Counted from the first letter of the stretch, positions 31,498-41,857 are shown. The stretch is DNA of 64,000 bases from an uncultured delta proteobacterium (GCA_963811325.1 CAWEQT010000001.1:2410497-2474496); one strand, 5' to 3'. Notes: generated by a model not told the origin, from the letters alone. Numbers and translations: made by a program.

Positions 31498-32922
31498 ATG
31501 AATCTCGATCTGTTATTTTATCCCGAAAGTGTGGCCGTCATCGGTGCGTCTGACAATCTTGGCGGAGGGAAGCTGCCCTATTTCCAGATCCTGCAGGCAA
31601 ACGGTTTTGCCGGCGCTCTCTATCCCGTTAACCCGCGTCGCGCTGAAGTTTGCGGTGTCAAGACCTATGCGTCTATCGATGATCTCCTGGGACCCGTCGA
31701 TTTTGCCCTGGTTGCCGCGCCTGTCGAGCAGTCTATTGACATTGTCAAAGCGGCCGTCCGCAAAGGGATCAAATTCATTCATTTCTTCACTTCCGGTTTT
31801 GGAGAAACGGGAAATCTGAAGTTGGAGAAGGATCTGGTCCGGGAAGCCCGGAAAGGTCATCTCCGGATCGTCGGCCCCAATTGCATCGGCGTTCAATGTT
31901 TCGAGTCGAAACTTTCTTTCAGGCTCACCAAGGCGCAAGAGCAGCCGGGCACGATCGCTTTCTTAGGACAATCAGGGGGAATTACATCCAGTTTTGTAGC
32001 CATGGCGACAACAAGAGGAATCTGGCTGAACAAAGTCGTCTCCTTTGGAAACCAGATTGATCTTCGGCTGGAAGATTATCTGGAGTATCTGGCGGACGAC
32101 GACAAGATCCGTCTCGTCGCCTGTTACGTAGAAGATATCAAGGATGCGCATAAATTTCTCAAGACGCTCAGGAGGGCGACGGCCAAAAAGCCCGTGATTA
32201 TTCTTAAAGGCGGCAAAACAGAACTGGGATCAAAGGCGGCGGCAAGTCACACGGGCGCCATGGCGAGCAATTATACGATCTGGGCCGCAGCTGTGCGGCA
32301 GTATGGGGGCCTTCTGGTAGACACTTTTGAAGAGTTGATGGATCTGGCGATGCTGGGCACGGCTAAAAAGTTCCCGCGTGGGAGGCGCGTGGGTTTTCTT
32401 GGCGCCGGAGGCGGCATTTCGGTTCTGTTCAGCGACCTGGCCGTTGCCTCGGGGGTCGAGCTTCCCGAATTGAACGCGCGCACGCAGCAAATGATCGGTG
32501 AAAAGATCATGGGGGTCAACACCTCGACCACAAATCCTGTTGATCTCGGGGCATTCGGCTTCGACCTCAACGTTATGTTGCACACCATGAAAGCCCTCAA
32601 CGAAGACGACGGCATTGATGTGATCGTTCCCTATTTTTCCGTTGAATACATTATGCATGCGGAGATATTTCTTAATGTAAAAAACAGCGCCGACACTATC
32701 CTGCAAATGGCCGAACAGATCAAGAAACCGGTGATCCCCATCCTGTCATGCTTTTTGGAAAATGATCTCGAGGCAGAGCGCGTCAGAATTTCGACCTTTA
32801 ATGCGCTGCGCAAGGCTGGATTCCCCGTTTATTCCAAAATACAGGAAGCCCTTTACGTCATCGAGACGTATTTCGAATGGGCGGAAAAGCGCATGCGTAT
32901 GGGATTGGACTTACCGGGCTAA
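31498..32922 (+). CDS. Acyl-CoA synthetase (ADP-forming), alpha/CoA-binding subunit
   Basis: SVAVIGAS, VGPNCIG, QSGG, ASHTGAMA phospho-His motif, NPVDL. Confidence 0.88.
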   Translation: MNLDLLFYPESVAVIGASDNLGGGKLPYFQILQANGFAGALYPVNPRRAEVCGVKTYASIDDLLGPVDFALVAAPVEQSIDIVKAAVRKGIKFIHFFTSGFGETGNLKLEKDLVREARKGHLRIVGPNCIGVQCFESKLSFRLTKAQEQPGTIAFLGQSGGITSSFVAMATTRGIWLNKVVSFGNQIDLRLEDYLEYLADDDKIRLVACYVEDIKDAHKFLKTLRRATAKKPVIILKGGKTELGSKAAASHTGAMASNYTIWAAAVRQYGGLLVDTFEELMDLAMLGTAKKFPRGRRVGFLGAGGGISVLFSDLAVASGVELPELNARTQQMIGEKIMGVNTSTTNPVDLGAFGFDLNVMLHTMKALNEDDGIDVIVPYFSVEYIMHAEIFLNVKNSADTILQMAEQIKKPVIPILSCFLENDLEAERVRISTFNALRKAGFPVYSKIQEALYVIETYFEWAEKRMRMGLDLPG

Positions 32923-32973
32923 TATTAACTATCTAATAAAAGTTAATATTGATATAGGTTGGTTAAATAATTT

Positions 32974-33035
32974 CTTCCTTCCTGTAAGCCTTGAGCCAAC
33001 ACATTCCTCTTATGTGGTAGATTTCTAACGAAAAT
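32974..33035 (+). repeat. Module-junction site (variant right box)
   Basis: CTTCCTGTAA + 34 bp + TTTCTAACGAAAAT. Confidence 0.7.
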
Positions 33036-33159
33036 CGTGATAAATAAATACAAAATCTGTTAGCGTTTTATCAGCAAGTTTACGGTATTTAGGCTTTTAT
33101 AAAAATACATAAAAACATTGTTAGACCTCAGTTCACAACCGGAAGGGAGCTTCCACACA

Positions 33160-33993
33160 TTGTTCGATTATAAAGCAAGTCTCACGTCCCTAGGAGCCGC
33201 ATACCAGCGGGCTGCGCATCAGGTGTTTGAAGCACAACCGCTGCTCCTTGATGATCCGGTTGCATTGCCCTTGCTTGGACCAGAGGCATTAAAATTAATC
33301 CAGGACACAGCGGACAACTATCGAACTCCTGAAATGCTTGCATTGCGCTCTCATATGGTTCTGCGCTCACGGTTTACTGAGGACCGGCTAGCTGCCGCTG
33401 TTTTCCGCGGAATCAAGCAGTATGTCATCCTCGGAGCAGGCTTTGATACCTTTGCTCTCAGGCAACCTTCATGGGCGCAGGCATTAAAGATTATTGAAGT
33501 TGACCATTCAAAGACACAAACCATGAAACGCTCCTATATTGCCGCGGCAGGCCTTATAATTCTGGACAACACCATCTTTGCCAACATCAACTTTGAATAC
33601 GAATCCTTACATGATGGCCTGCTCAGATATCATATCTCACCGCACGAGCCGACCTTCTTCTCCTGGCTGGGCGTGACGATGTATCTAAAAGAAGACGCCA
33701 TCGATGCTGTGCTCCGCTCTATCGCCATGTTTCCGGCGGGCAGCGAGATTGTGCTTACATTCCGGACGCGGTCAGGCGACTCTCCTTCGCCACTTGCTCA
33801 GATCGTAGCAAACCTTGGCGAACCCTGGGTAAGCTACTTCGACCCGGATGAGTTAAAAGCAAAACTGCTTAGCGCCGGCTTTTCCAAAGCAGAATTCCTT
33901 TCACCCGCCGAAGCTGATGAACGGTACTTTCGGCAGCGCCCGAAAGATCTGCCCGTACCGAAGCAAATCAACATTCTATGTGCGGTGCTGTAA
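33160..33993 (+). CDS. SAM-dependent methyltransferase (LCM/TIGR00027-like)
   Basis: QYVILGAGFDTFA, EVDH, WLGVTMYL; start uncertain (TTG at 33160 or 33118). Confidence 0.85.
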   Translation: MFDYKASLTSLGAAYQRAAHQVFEAQPLLLDDPVALPLLGPEALKLIQDTADNYRTPEMLALRSHMVLRSRFTEDRLAAAVFRGIKQYVILGAGFDTFALRQPSWAQALKIIEVDHSKTQTMKRSYIAAAGLIILDNTIFANINFEYESLHDGLLRYHISPHEPTFFSWLGVTMYLKEDAIDAVLRSIAMFPAGSEIVLTFRTRSGDSPSPLAQIVANLGEPWVSYFDPDELKAKLLSAGFSKAEFLSPAEADERYFRQRPKDLPVPKQINILCAVL

Positions 33994-34200
33994 TGTTTCT
34001 GAGAGATTTTTTTTGTAAAGCCTCATGGTTGTGTCTGAAAATGAGAAATCGAAGACCTTCTTCAGAGTTTCCGATATCTAACTGCTGAAGTCGATCGCCC
34101 CAAAACGGTCTCCGGCTTAGTAGTTCATTGCGCCTTTCATCCAGTAAGCCTTCATTCTGAAAACCGTTCACTACTGAAACTAAGGTGAAACAAACAATCG

Positions 34201-34260
34201 ATTTCTTCCTTGTAAGAAGTATTTCCTTGATTTTTTTCAGAGTAGATTTCTAATGTGAAT
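34201..34260 (+). repeat. Module-junction site (variant, 31-bp core)
   Basis: CTTCCTTGTAA + 31 bp + TTTCTAATGTGAAT. Confidence 0.6.
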
Positions 34261-34489
34261 AGTGATAATTTAAAAACTATGTAAAGTCGGGGAATAAATT
34301 TACTGAACCATTCAACCTTACACGAGGGAAGCATGGACTGATTACCGAAACCCCGTTTCCTAATAGAGTGCGGAGTTTTGTGTTTGAGGAGGAAATTATG
34401 AAAAGCACTGAGAAGATTTTGGGATTTATCTGCCTGTTCCTTCTAACCTCTTGTGTGGCCAACCTATTCTTACAGTAAAGAGTGCTGAT

Positions 34490-35056
34490 ATGATACAAGC
34501 TAATCACTCGGCGCTGTTAGTGATGGACGTTCAAAATGGAATTGTTCAGCGTTTCGCTGAAAAGCCAGAGGTCATGATTCCATTTCAACGTGCCGTGAGC
34601 GCCGCCCGTCATGTGGGAATTCCGGTTATTTTTGTTCGTGTCGCATTCCGTGACGGCTATCCGGAAGTAAGCAAAAAGAACAAAATGTTTTCGGTCATCA
34701 CAGAACATGGAAACATGACAATTTCTGATAGTTCGACGCAAATTCATCATTCGGTAGCGCCGCTTCCAGATGAACCTGTCGTGACGAAATTACGCGTGAG
34801 CGCTTTTGCCGGTAGTGATCTCGATGTTATTCTCCGCGCCCGTGGGATCGACAAGCTGATTCTAACTGGTGTTGCAACAAGCGGCGTTGTCCTTTCAACT
34901 CTGCGGGAAGCTGCGGATAAGGATTACCGGCTTGTCGTTCTTTCTGATGCGTGTTTAGATGCCGATCCAGAAGTCCATCGCGTTTTGGTTGAGAAGGTGT
35001 TCCCCCGTCAGGCGGATGTTTTAACCGTTAGTGAGTGGACTGCTACCTTGCCGTAA
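34490..35056 (+). CDS. Isochorismatase/cysteine hydrolase family protein
   Basis: ALLVMDVQ, KLRVSAF, GVATSGVVLST. Confidence 0.88.
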   Translation: MIQANHSALLVMDVQNGIVQRFAEKPEVMIPFQRAVSAARHVGIPVIFVRVAFRDGYPEVSKKNKMFSVITEHGNMTISDSSTQIHHSVAPLPDEPVVTKLRVSAFAGSDLDVILRARGIDKLILTGVATSGVVLSTLREAADKDYRLVVLSDACLDADPEVHRVLVEKVFPRQADVLTVSEWTATLP

Positions 35057-35119
35057 ATGAAGCTGAAACGGGTCGCCCTATGTAACTCCTATCCCGATCT
35101 GGAAATCGGATTTTTATTT

Positions 35120-35182
35120 CTTTCTTCCTTGTAAGAAACAGATCGTCAACCGTGACTAAAATGCAAGATTTCAATCCGTAAT
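35120..35182 (+). repeat. Module-junction site
   Basis: CTTCCTTGTAA + 34 bp + TTTCAATCCGTAAT. Confidence 0.88.
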
Positions 35183-35283
35183 AAACACAATTAAATCCTG
35201 ATGACAATGGTGGGTCGTGTATGATTTAAACTAGCAATAACTAATTACTTCCTTGTCAGTAAAACCCTTGTTTTGAAAAAATC

Positions 35284-35335
35284 TTGACAAATGCTCTATG
35301 AGTAATGATAATTATCATTACTCATAGAGCATTTG
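35284..35335 (+). promoter_or_regulatory. Sigma70-type promoter overlapped by a 48-bp perfect palindrome (probable TetR operator)
   Basis: TTGACA (35284)-17 bp-GATAAT (35307); CAAATGCTCTATGAGTAATGATAATTATCATTACTCATAGAGCATTTG (35288-35335) is self-complementary. Confidence 0.75.
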
Positions 35336-35350
35336 AGTTTTGGGGGTGTT

Positions 35351-36202
35351 ATGAAAAAAAGAGATCTTCACGGGAGCAATGTGGTTATCACCGGGGCCGC
35401 ATCGGGCATAGGGAGAGGGATTGCGCTTGCCTTTGCAAAAGAGCAATGCACCATACTACTCGCTGATATCAATGAGGCAGGGCTGAAGCAGACAAGTGAA
35501 ATGGTTCGGAAGGCAGGAGGCAATCCGGAGGTCTTCCTCTGTGATGTGTCGAAACTGGATGACGTCATGAGGATGGCGGACTATTGCTTCAGTACTTGGG
35601 GCAAAGTGGATATTCTCGTCAACAATGCCGGTGTCGCTTCAATCGGATTCATGGGCGATATGCCGATAAAGAACTGGGAATGGATTGTTTCCATAAATTT
35701 CTGGGGTGTCGTATACGGTTGTCATGCCTTTGTGCCCAGGATGAAAAAGCAGGGAAGCGGTTATATCGTGAATGTGGCATCGGCTGCCGGAATTCTGTCC
35801 TCTGCGGAAATGTCCCCCTATAATGCAACGAAGGCTGCAACAATCTCAATTTCGGAAACGCTCAAAAGCGAACTTGCTCCGTATAATATCGGTGTGACGG
35901 TGCTCTGCCCGACATTCATCAAGACAAATCTTATGGAGTCGATGAGATTCACAGACGAGTTTCAGAAACAGTGTTCTGTGACCGGGGTGGAAAATGCGAG
36001 ATGGACGCCGGATATGGTAGCAGCTTTGGTTGTTCATGCCGTGCGCAAGAAAAAATTATATGTGGTACCGCAGATGGCAGCCAAGCTGATGTGGATATCC
36101 AAACGTATTTCCCCATCCTCTTTTTTTGGCTTATTTGCATATCTCATGCGCAAGGGATGGGCGAGGAAATTAATGTTCCATATGGCCCAGAAAGGATTTT
36201 AA
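35351..36202 (+). CDS. Short-chain dehydrogenase/reductase
   Basis: TGAASGIG, NNAG, YNATK. Confidence 0.9.
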   Translation: MKKRDLHGSNVVITGAASGIGRGIALAFAKEQCTILLADINEAGLKQTSEMVRKAGGNPEVFLCDVSKLDDVMRMADYCFSTWGKVDILVNNAGVASIGFMGDMPIKNWEWIVSINFWGVVYGCHAFVPRMKKQGSGYIVNVASAAGILSSAEMSPYNATKAATISISETLKSELAPYNIGVTVLCPTFIKTNLMESMRFTDEFQKQCSVTGVENARWTPDMVAALVVHAVRKKKLYVVPQMAAKLMWISKRISPSSFFGLFAYLMRKGWARKLMFHMAQKGF

Positions 36203-36227
36203 AATATTATCTTGAAAGGTCAATTCC

Positions 36228-36872
36228 ATGGAAAGAAGACAGAAAAGAAGAACTGCGATTAGAGAGGAGATTATTGAAACAGCCAAAGAACTTTTCAGCA
36301 AAAAGGGTTACCATAATACTCAGGTAGCGGATCTCATCCGGTCCGTAGGCATGTCGGCAAACACTTTCTACGCCCATTTCAAAGATAAGAAAGAACTCTT
36401 TGAAGAGGTGGCCATGAGCAGCATGGAGGATCTTCGGGTAACCGTGAAGAAAAAGAGGGAAACAAAAGTCTATGATGATGTGGCAGAGCGACTGGAAAGA
36501 ATGAAGGATACCTATAATACCCTTTTTGATTTTGTAGAAAAGAACCCTCATCAAATGCTGCTCATTATCAGAGGCGGATTTGGCATTGATGAAAAGTTCG
36601 ATGAAGATCTGTGGCGCTATTTCAGCTATTTCGTGAAAGACCTTGCCGAAGATTTTAAAAAATGGAAGCGCCTCGGCTTTGTAGAAGGATTTGACCCGCT
36701 TATTCTGGGACATATTGTGCAGGGCATGACCATACAGGTTGCCCACAGTTACCTCATTGAAAAGAAATTTTCCCGGAAAAAAGCAATAGAACATCTCATT
36801 CAGGTAAACAGGGCCATCCTGTCCGCATACCTGACGGAGAAAGGTAAGAAGAAACTTGGATTAATTAATTAA
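36228..36872 (+). CDS. TetR/AcrR-family regulator
   Basis: N-terminal HTH: AKELFSKKGYHNT...FYAHFKDKKELF. Confidence 0.9.
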   Translation: MERRQKRRTAIREEIIETAKELFSKKGYHNTQVADLIRSVGMSANTFYAHFKDKKELFEEVAMSSMEDLRVTVKKKRETKVYDDVAERLERMKDTYNTLFDFVEKNPHQMLLIIRGGFGIDEKFDEDLWRYFSYFVKDLAEDFKKWKRLGFVEGFDPLILGHIVQGMTIQVAHSYLIEKKFSRKKAIEHLIQVNRAILSAYLTEKGKKKLGLIN

Positions 36873-36885
36873 TGGAGGGGTGTTT

Positions 36886-38388
36886 ATGATTCCAAAAACA
36901 CAGCTAGAATCTCTACTTGGCAGGTTTCCGAAATTCGAAGATTCTTTCAACGGACTTGAATATGCACCAGGGCTTCCCAAGGTTATGGTCAAGGAGACCA
37001 GGGAACTGGTGGCGTATGCACGGAAATTCAATGATGAAGTGGTAAGGCCCAGAGCGCTGGCCTTGGACCGGCAAACTCACGAAGATCCGGATTATCTCCC
37101 TCTTGATCTCATAAAAACGGTAAATGACTGGGGGTTCTATACCATGTGGGTCCCGAAAATGTTTGGAGGCAAAGGCATGGGCTTGCCCTCGGTCTCTCCT
37201 GTAATGGAAGAGATATCATCGGCTTGTGTGGGCATTGCCAATGTCATGGGGGTGATGTATCTAGGCCTTACAAGCATGATATCATCGTTTAACATGAGGA
37301 TTACCAACAGAGTACTCAAGGATCTGATTGAAGGCGTGAAGAAAGGAGATCCCAAGCTGATTGCCTTTGCCATTACCGAACCGGCTGCTGGAACTGATGC
37401 GGATGATCTGGAACTTGTGGACCGAGGTAGGGTGATAACTTATGCCAAACGTGTGGACGGGGGGTATGTGGTCAATGGGCGCAAAGTGTTTATATCCATG
37501 GGTCATGTTTCCGAGTGGACAGTCTTCTATGCGTATACCGACCTGAAAAAGCCATCGCAGACCATGACCGCCTTTGTGGTAAAAAAAGGAACCAGGGGCT
37601 TTTCCATGGGCAGGCATGAAGACAAGATGGGACAGCGCGTGTGCCCTGCCAGTGAAATCATATTCGAAGACTGTTTCATTCCGGATGATCAGGTTCTTAT
37701 CGATTCGAACAGCATGAAGAAGTTTACCAGTAAGTCGCCTGCAGAGGTCATGATGAGGCATTTCGACTTTTTAGCTTCCTCGAGTAAGGCTGGTGTCTGC
37801 TCAATGGGTACAGGAGTGGCGCGTGGAGCTCTGGAAGATGCGCTGAAATTTGCATCCAAGACCGAAATCAAAGGCAAGCTTCTCATTAATCATCAATGGG
37901 CACAGGGCATACTGGCCGAGATGTACAAGAATGTGGTCTTAGGGAGACTTGCCTATCAAGAAGCAAATTATGCAAACTGCAACAAGGGAACATATGACCT
38001 GCTACAAATGAAACCCATATACTACTACCTGAAATTTATGCCCCCGTTATATTTCAAGATGCTCGAACCCATGATGAACATGGACTCCACGACATGGGCC
38101 ATGAGCAAGATATATTTCGATCTGAAGAAACAGGAAAATATTGACTGCTGCTCAGGAATGTCCTCGCTGGCAAAGGTTGCCGGCACGGACATCGGCATAA
38201 GGAATTGCCAGTTAGCCATGGATCTTATGGGCGAAGCCAGCCTACGCCATGATAACGGAATGGAAAAACGCCTGCGGGATGCCAAGCTTCTGCAAATCTA
38301 TGAAAGTACAAACCAGATGAATAGGCTCATTATATTTAAGGGTCTCATCGCCCCGTTCTGTCCCCAGGCACGGGTCTTTGAACAGTGA
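36886..38388 (+). CDS. Acyl-CoA dehydrogenase
   Basis: FAITEPAAGTD, NGRKVFIS, DKMGQR, RDAKLLQIYEST. Confidence 0.9.
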   Translation: MIPKTQLESLLGRFPKFEDSFNGLEYAPGLPKVMVKETRELVAYARKFNDEVVRPRALALDRQTHEDPDYLPLDLIKTVNDWGFYTMWVPKMFGGKGMGLPSVSPVMEEISSACVGIANVMGVMYLGLTSMISSFNMRITNRVLKDLIEGVKKGDPKLIAFAITEPAAGTDADDLELVDRGRVITYAKRVDGGYVVNGRKVFISMGHVSEWTVFYAYTDLKKPSQTMTAFVVKKGTRGFSMGRHEDKMGQRVCPASEIIFEDCFIPDDQVLIDSNSMKKFTSKSPAEVMMRHFDFLASSSKAGVCSMGTGVARGALEDALKFASKTEIKGKLLINHQWAQGILAEMYKNVVLGRLAYQEANYANCNKGTYDLLQMKPIYYYLKFMPPLYFKMLEPMMNMDSTTWAMSKIYFDLKKQENIDCCSGMSSLAKVAGTDIGIRNCQLAMDLMGEASLRHDNGMEKRLRDAKLLQIYESTNQMNRLIIFKGLIAPFCPQARVFEQ

Positions 38389-38402
38389 GAGGAGGTGACG
38401 AA

Positions 38403-39512
38403 ATGATTATTTCTTTATTAAATGACGAACTGAAGTCCTTTGAGGATCTGGCCCTTAATTTCGCAGGCAAGGAACTGATCCATCGCCGGGAAGCAAGTGA
38501 CCGATATCCGTTCAGTCCCTTTGATAATACGGTGTTGGCCAAGGTTCAAGAGCTCGGATTTTTTGGCATAACGCTGCCCGAAAATCTTGGCGGTATAGGA
38601 CAGGGAATAAGCACATTATGTGTGGTCTTGGAAAGCATATGCCGTACGGATGCCAGCTTGGGCGCCATCATATTTACAAATACACTTGCCCAAGAAATCG
38701 TTATGAAGTCTGGATCGGTGGAAATACTCAGTGGACCTTTATCCAATGCCACAATAGCCTTTCCTGCATATAGCGACCCGCAGGAGCATAAGAATCTCAC
38801 CTTGGGGGTAAAAGGAAAGAACGGGTATACATTATCGGGTTCAGTAAATTATGTCGTTCTTGCCCCAATTGCATCACACGCCCTGATCCCGGCAACGATA
38901 TCCAATCAGGAAGGGTATTCCTTCTTCTTAGTAAAATTGTCTGATCCAAAATTGAAAAAGAGCGAACCTGTCTTCAGCCTCGGAGTCCATGCATGTCCGG
39001 TGGCAGATCTTGTTTTGGATGAGGCCGAAGCAGAATTGATAGGTCAGGAGGGTAAAGGTGCAACATACTTTAGGGAGGCGGCGGACATGATGTATGTTGC
39101 AGCGGCAGCAATATCCTTGGGAATTATGGGAGGCTCTTTTGACTATGCGCTTGTCTACAGCAACGAAAGAGAACAGGGAGGATGGCCCATCGTCAACTGG
39201 TCGATGATTAAAACCATATTGGCGGATATGGCCATTCAGGTGAAGATAGGAGACATGGCCGTAAGCGGTGCCTGCAGCGCCATAGAAAAGAAAATAGCAG
39301 GATGGGACCTGTACACCAAGTCGGCAGCCCTTCATATTCAGGATGTTGCCTGTCATGTGACTTCGGATGGTATACAGGTTCTAGGAGGATACGGTTACAT
39401 GAAGGATTATAGTCAGGAAAAGAGGTTCCGTGACGCCCAGCAGATGAAGACACTGCTCGGTATGGCGCCGTTGAGAAAGGTTGAGATCCTGAATCAGATT
39501 AACACAAAGTGA
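38403..39512 (+). CDS. Acyl-CoA dehydrogenase-like protein (divergent, possible beta subunit)
   Basis: REQGG and IQVLGGYGYMKDY present, but TEP and the C-terminal YEG motifs are missing. Confidence 0.85.
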   Translation: MIISLLNDELKSFEDLALNFAGKELIHRREASDRYPFSPFDNTVLAKVQELGFFGITLPENLGGIGQGISTLCVVLESICRTDASLGAIIFTNTLAQEIVMKSGSVEILSGPLSNATIAFPAYSDPQEHKNLTLGVKGKNGYTLSGSVNYVVLAPIASHALIPATISNQEGYSFFLVKLSDPKLKKSEPVFSLGVHACPVADLVLDEAEAELIGQEGKGATYFREAADMMYVAAAAISLGIMGGSFDYALVYSNEREQGGWPIVNWSMIKTILADMAIQVKIGDMAVSGACSAIEKKIAGWDLYTKSAALHIQDVACHVTSDGIQVLGGYGYMKDYSQEKRFRDAQQMKTLLGMAPLRKVEILNQINTK

Positions 39513-39534
39513 TGAGAAAAAGGGATATAAGTAT

Positions 39535-40785
39535 ATGGCACAAGATGTATATATAATAGGAACAGCGATGACCAAGTTCGGTAAGCATCTTGAAAAAGGA
39601 ATCAAAACGCTAACTGGCGAAGCACTGGAATTGGTGCTTAAGGACTGCGAACTCGAGCGAAAGGATATGGAAGCGGCATGGTTTTCGAACGGGGGGTGGG
39701 GATACCACTCTTTCCAGCATGCTGTCCGGGGCCAGGTCGCTTTGTCCGCCAACGGGCTTGAAGGGATTCCCATTGTCAATGTGGAGAATGCCTGTGCCTG
39801 CGGCTCCACCGCCCTCCACTCGGCGTGGATAGCGGTCAAAGCAGGACTCTACGACTGCGTACTGGCCATGGGTGCTGAGAAGATGTACTGTGAAGACCGA
39901 GCCAAGACCATAATGTTCTTCATGTCCGGTGCGGATGTCGAAGAGTTACCGGTCTTCTTGGCAAAGTTCCAAGAAGAGGAGAAATTGCGAAAAGAGAAAG
40001 AGGCTAATGAAAAAGGTCTGGAAATACCCAAAGAAAGTCCCGGCGACCATTCGGCATTTATGGATCTCTACTCCATCGGCGCCCGCATGCATATGGATAA
40101 GTATGGCACCACCCAACGGCAGCTCGCCTGCATAGCAGCAAAAGCTCACAACAACTCCGTAAATAATCCTCTGGCTCAGTTCACATTTCCCATGACCATG
40201 GAAGAGGTCCTTGCGGATAGGGAGGTCTCTTATCCGCTCACCAGAGCCATGTGTGCGCCCGTGGGTGATGGTGCAGCCGCGGCAGTGCTCTGCAGCGAGA
40301 GTTTCCTGAAGAAGCTGGGACTGCGCCGAGCCATCCGGGTACGTGCTTCAGTGCTCAGGTCCGGGACGAGAGGGGGGGAGAGCGACATCTGCGCAAGGTC
40401 ATCAAAGGCTGCCTATGAAATGGCCGGCCTCGGACCCGAAGATATTGATGTGGTTGAAGTTCATGATGCGACAGCCTTTGGTGAATTGTATCAGACCGAG
40501 CAGATGGGTTTCTGTGCCATAGGAGAAGGAGGACCTTTCGCCGAAAGCGGAGCGACCGCCATCGGAGGAAAAATTCCGGTCAATCCGAGTGGAGGATTGA
40601 TCGCCCGGGGACATCCTCTCGGCGCATCAGGTCTTGCTCAGATTTATGAACTGGCAAGTCAGCTGTATGGTGAAGCAGGACCACGTCAGGTCCAAGGAGC
40701 GCGGGTTGCCTTGGCGGAAAACGGGGGAGGTTTCTTAGGCCGAGGTGAGGCTGCCATGGGCATTCATATCCTGGAAACAATTTAA
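39535..40785 (+). CDS. Thiolase, SCP-x/nsL-TP type
   Basis: ENACACGS, EVHDA, NPSGGLIARGHPLGASG. Confidence 0.9.
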   Translation: MAQDVYIIGTAMTKFGKHLEKGIKTLTGEALELVLKDCELERKDMEAAWFSNGGWGYHSFQHAVRGQVALSANGLEGIPIVNVENACACGSTALHSAWIAVKAGLYDCVLAMGAEKMYCEDRAKTIMFFMSGADVEELPVFLAKFQEEEKLRKEKEANEKGLEIPKESPGDHSAFMDLYSIGARMHMDKYGTTQRQLACIAAKAHNNSVNNPLAQFTFPMTMEEVLADREVSYPLTRAMCAPVGDGAAAAVLCSESFLKKLGLRRAIRVRASVLRSGTRGGESDICARSSKAAYEMAGLGPEDIDVVEVHDATAFGELYQTEQMGFCAIGEGGPFAESGATAIGGKIPVNPSGGLIARGHPLGASGLAQIYELASQLYGEAGPRQVQGARVALAENGGGFLGRGEAAMGIHILETI

Positions 40786-40804
40786 GAAGGATAAGGAGAT
40801 AAAC

Positions 40805-41527
40805 ATGGTTGAAAAAAATAAAGAAGATTTTCTGGAAAAGCTGAAGAAAGATTTCACAGAGACAGAAAAGGTAATCCTGAGTCGTAGAAGCGTGCGCCTG
40901 TATAAGAAAGAACAGGTGCCAGAATTCATGATAAAAAGGATTCTCGAAGCGGGTCGTTTTGCGCCTTCAGCGGCAAATTATCAGCCGTGGAAGTTCATCG
41001 TGCTACGCGATGATGAAATTATCAGGGACATAACAGAAACCGTGGTCAATTCATGTAAAGTTATCAGAGCAATGATTGACTACCGAAGGAAAGGATACAC
41101 TTGGATGAGGCCGTTGATAAAATTCACCACAAGGTTCAGGTATAACGACCTTCATCCAATGCCGTTTACGGCAATTCCACAGGTCGCTGATAGAAAGTTG
41201 GGGCTTTGGCATGGAGCACCTTCAGTCATTATCATTTTGAAAGATGTTAGGGCAGCTGGAAGTCCTGACCTCGATTGCGGAATTGCTGGCCAAAACATGG
41301 TACTTGCTGCCCACAGCATGGGGTTGGGGACTTGCTGGGTAGGCTTTGCTAAAATGGCCCTGGATATGAACCCTCAATGGAAAAAACGTCTCGGCATCTC
41401 GTTCCCATACAGATTTGCAAGCAGTCTGGCTATTGGATGGCCCTTGGGCAATCCAGATGGAATGGTCACTAGGCAAACTCACGCTACGGAGTGGTATGAG
41501 AATGGTACCGTAAAAACTATTCGATGA
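40805..41527 (+). CDS. Nitroreductase-family flavoprotein
   Basis: RRSVRLY, APSAANYQPW, LAAHSMGLGTCW. Confidence 0.9.
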   Translation: MVEKNKEDFLEKLKKDFTETEKVILSRRSVRLYKKEQVPEFMIKRILEAGRFAPSAANYQPWKFIVLRDDEIIRDITETVVNSCKVIRAMIDYRRKGYTWMRPLIKFTTRFRYNDLHPMPFTAIPQVADRKLGLWHGAPSVIIILKDVRAAGSPDLDCGIAGQNMVLAAHSMGLGTCWVGFAKMALDMNPQWKKRLGISFPYRFASSLAIGWPLGNPDGMVTRQTHATEWYENGTVKTIR

Positions 41528-41539
41528 GGAGGACCTATT

Positions 41540-41857
41540 ATGGGGAATTTTGGTTTTATTGATAGATTTCGTATTCCCACTTATAACGATCCGATGCAAA
41601 TGGAATTCGCTATCGTGGAAATTGATGTGAAAAAATGTACAGGGTGCACTCTTTGCGTGGGAGCCTGTCCGGCAAGAACTCTCGTAATGATTGACAAGAA
41701 GGCACAACCCAAAAAATCTCCGGAAAATGAATGCGCTTTCTGCGGTGATTGTACCGCTATTTGCAGTGCCGGGGCAGTAACTCTGAAGAAGCCATTTCGT
41801 TTTACAGGATTTTACAAAACATTCGATGACGGGGAATCAAGCCCTCCACGCCTCTGA
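41540..41857 (+). CDS. 2x[4Fe-4S] ferredoxin-like protein
   Basis: CTGCTLCVGACP and CAFCGDCTAICS. Confidence 0.88.
   Translation: MGNFGFIDRFRIPTYNDPMQMEFAIVEIDVKKCTGCTLCVGACPARTLVMIDKKAQPKKSPENECAFCGDCTAICSAGAVTLKKPFRFTGFYKTFDDGESSPPRL

Noticed and set aside
35304-35319. Fur box
   Set aside because: Lacks the 7-1-7 spacing, and the downstream genes are not iron-related; better explained as part of the larger palindrome.
13590-40804. Longest-ORF starts at 13590, 14425, 24080, 25943, 34451, 35333, 38385 and 40745
   Set aside because: Downstream starts have better RBS and family-typical N-termini; the extensions overlap neighbouring genes or repeats.
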